NCBI GenBank assembly: GCA_047617745.1
Contig: JBLGBN010000007.1
Coordinates: forward strand, 1-34,340
Source: Candidatus Nanohaloarchaea archaeon
Lineage (GTDB): Archaea; Nanohalarchaeota; Nanosalinia; Nanosalinales; Nanosalinaceae
Length of the DNA: 34,340 nt
Direction: 5' to 3'
In this document: one piece after another, positions 34,297-34,340 of the stretch
How positions within the stretch are numbered: position 1 is the first letter of the stretch
Layout of the letters: each line of letters starts with the position of its first letter
Notes under the pieces: model-generated
Told to the model about the DNA's origin: nothing
What the model saw: the letters and a program-made list of their open reading frames with translations, nothing else
Database searches by the model: none
Program-made: the position numbers and the translations under genes

Positions 34297-34340
34297 TTAC
34301 TCCACTAGTTCGGTGAAGTTTTCCTTGAACTCTTCGAGGT
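34297..34340 (-). CDS. 3' end of a gene continuing beyond the window
   Basis: Reads LEEFKENFTELVE-stop on the minus strand. Confidence 0.5.
   Translation of the reverse strand, partial: LEEFKENFTELVE

Overview
Compact, gene-dense archaeal chromosome segment with strongly acidic proteins, many overlapping or abutting genes and T-tract terminators, most consistent with a Nanohaloarchaeota/DPANN genome (inference). The left two-thirds is a cell-surface region. It holds two membrane-anchored surface proteins (one ending in a cytoplasmic C2H2 zinc finger), a MinD/ParA ATPase and a PEP synthase with a C-terminal winged-helix extension. It also holds a type IV pilus locus: seven class III signal peptide proteins of two signature types, two PilC/TadBC-like platform proteins, a PilB/TadA ATPase, a prepilin peptidase, two coiled-coil proteins and an archaeosortase. 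Next comes a co-oriented minus-strand string: DUF460-like protein, Hef, a HerA-like ATPase between two membrane proteins, a PD-(D/E)xK nuclease, DUF2797 and TraB. This is followed by an SRP RNA that appears to lack helix 6 and has a UGAC tetraloop. The right end is a cysteine-themed cluster (Cys-rich 26-aa peptide, tRNA-Cys, gamma-glutamylcyclotransferase, cysS) enclosing four tandem NUDIX genes. No CRISPR array, integrase or transposase was seen. All family calls come from motif recognition by eye, not database searches.
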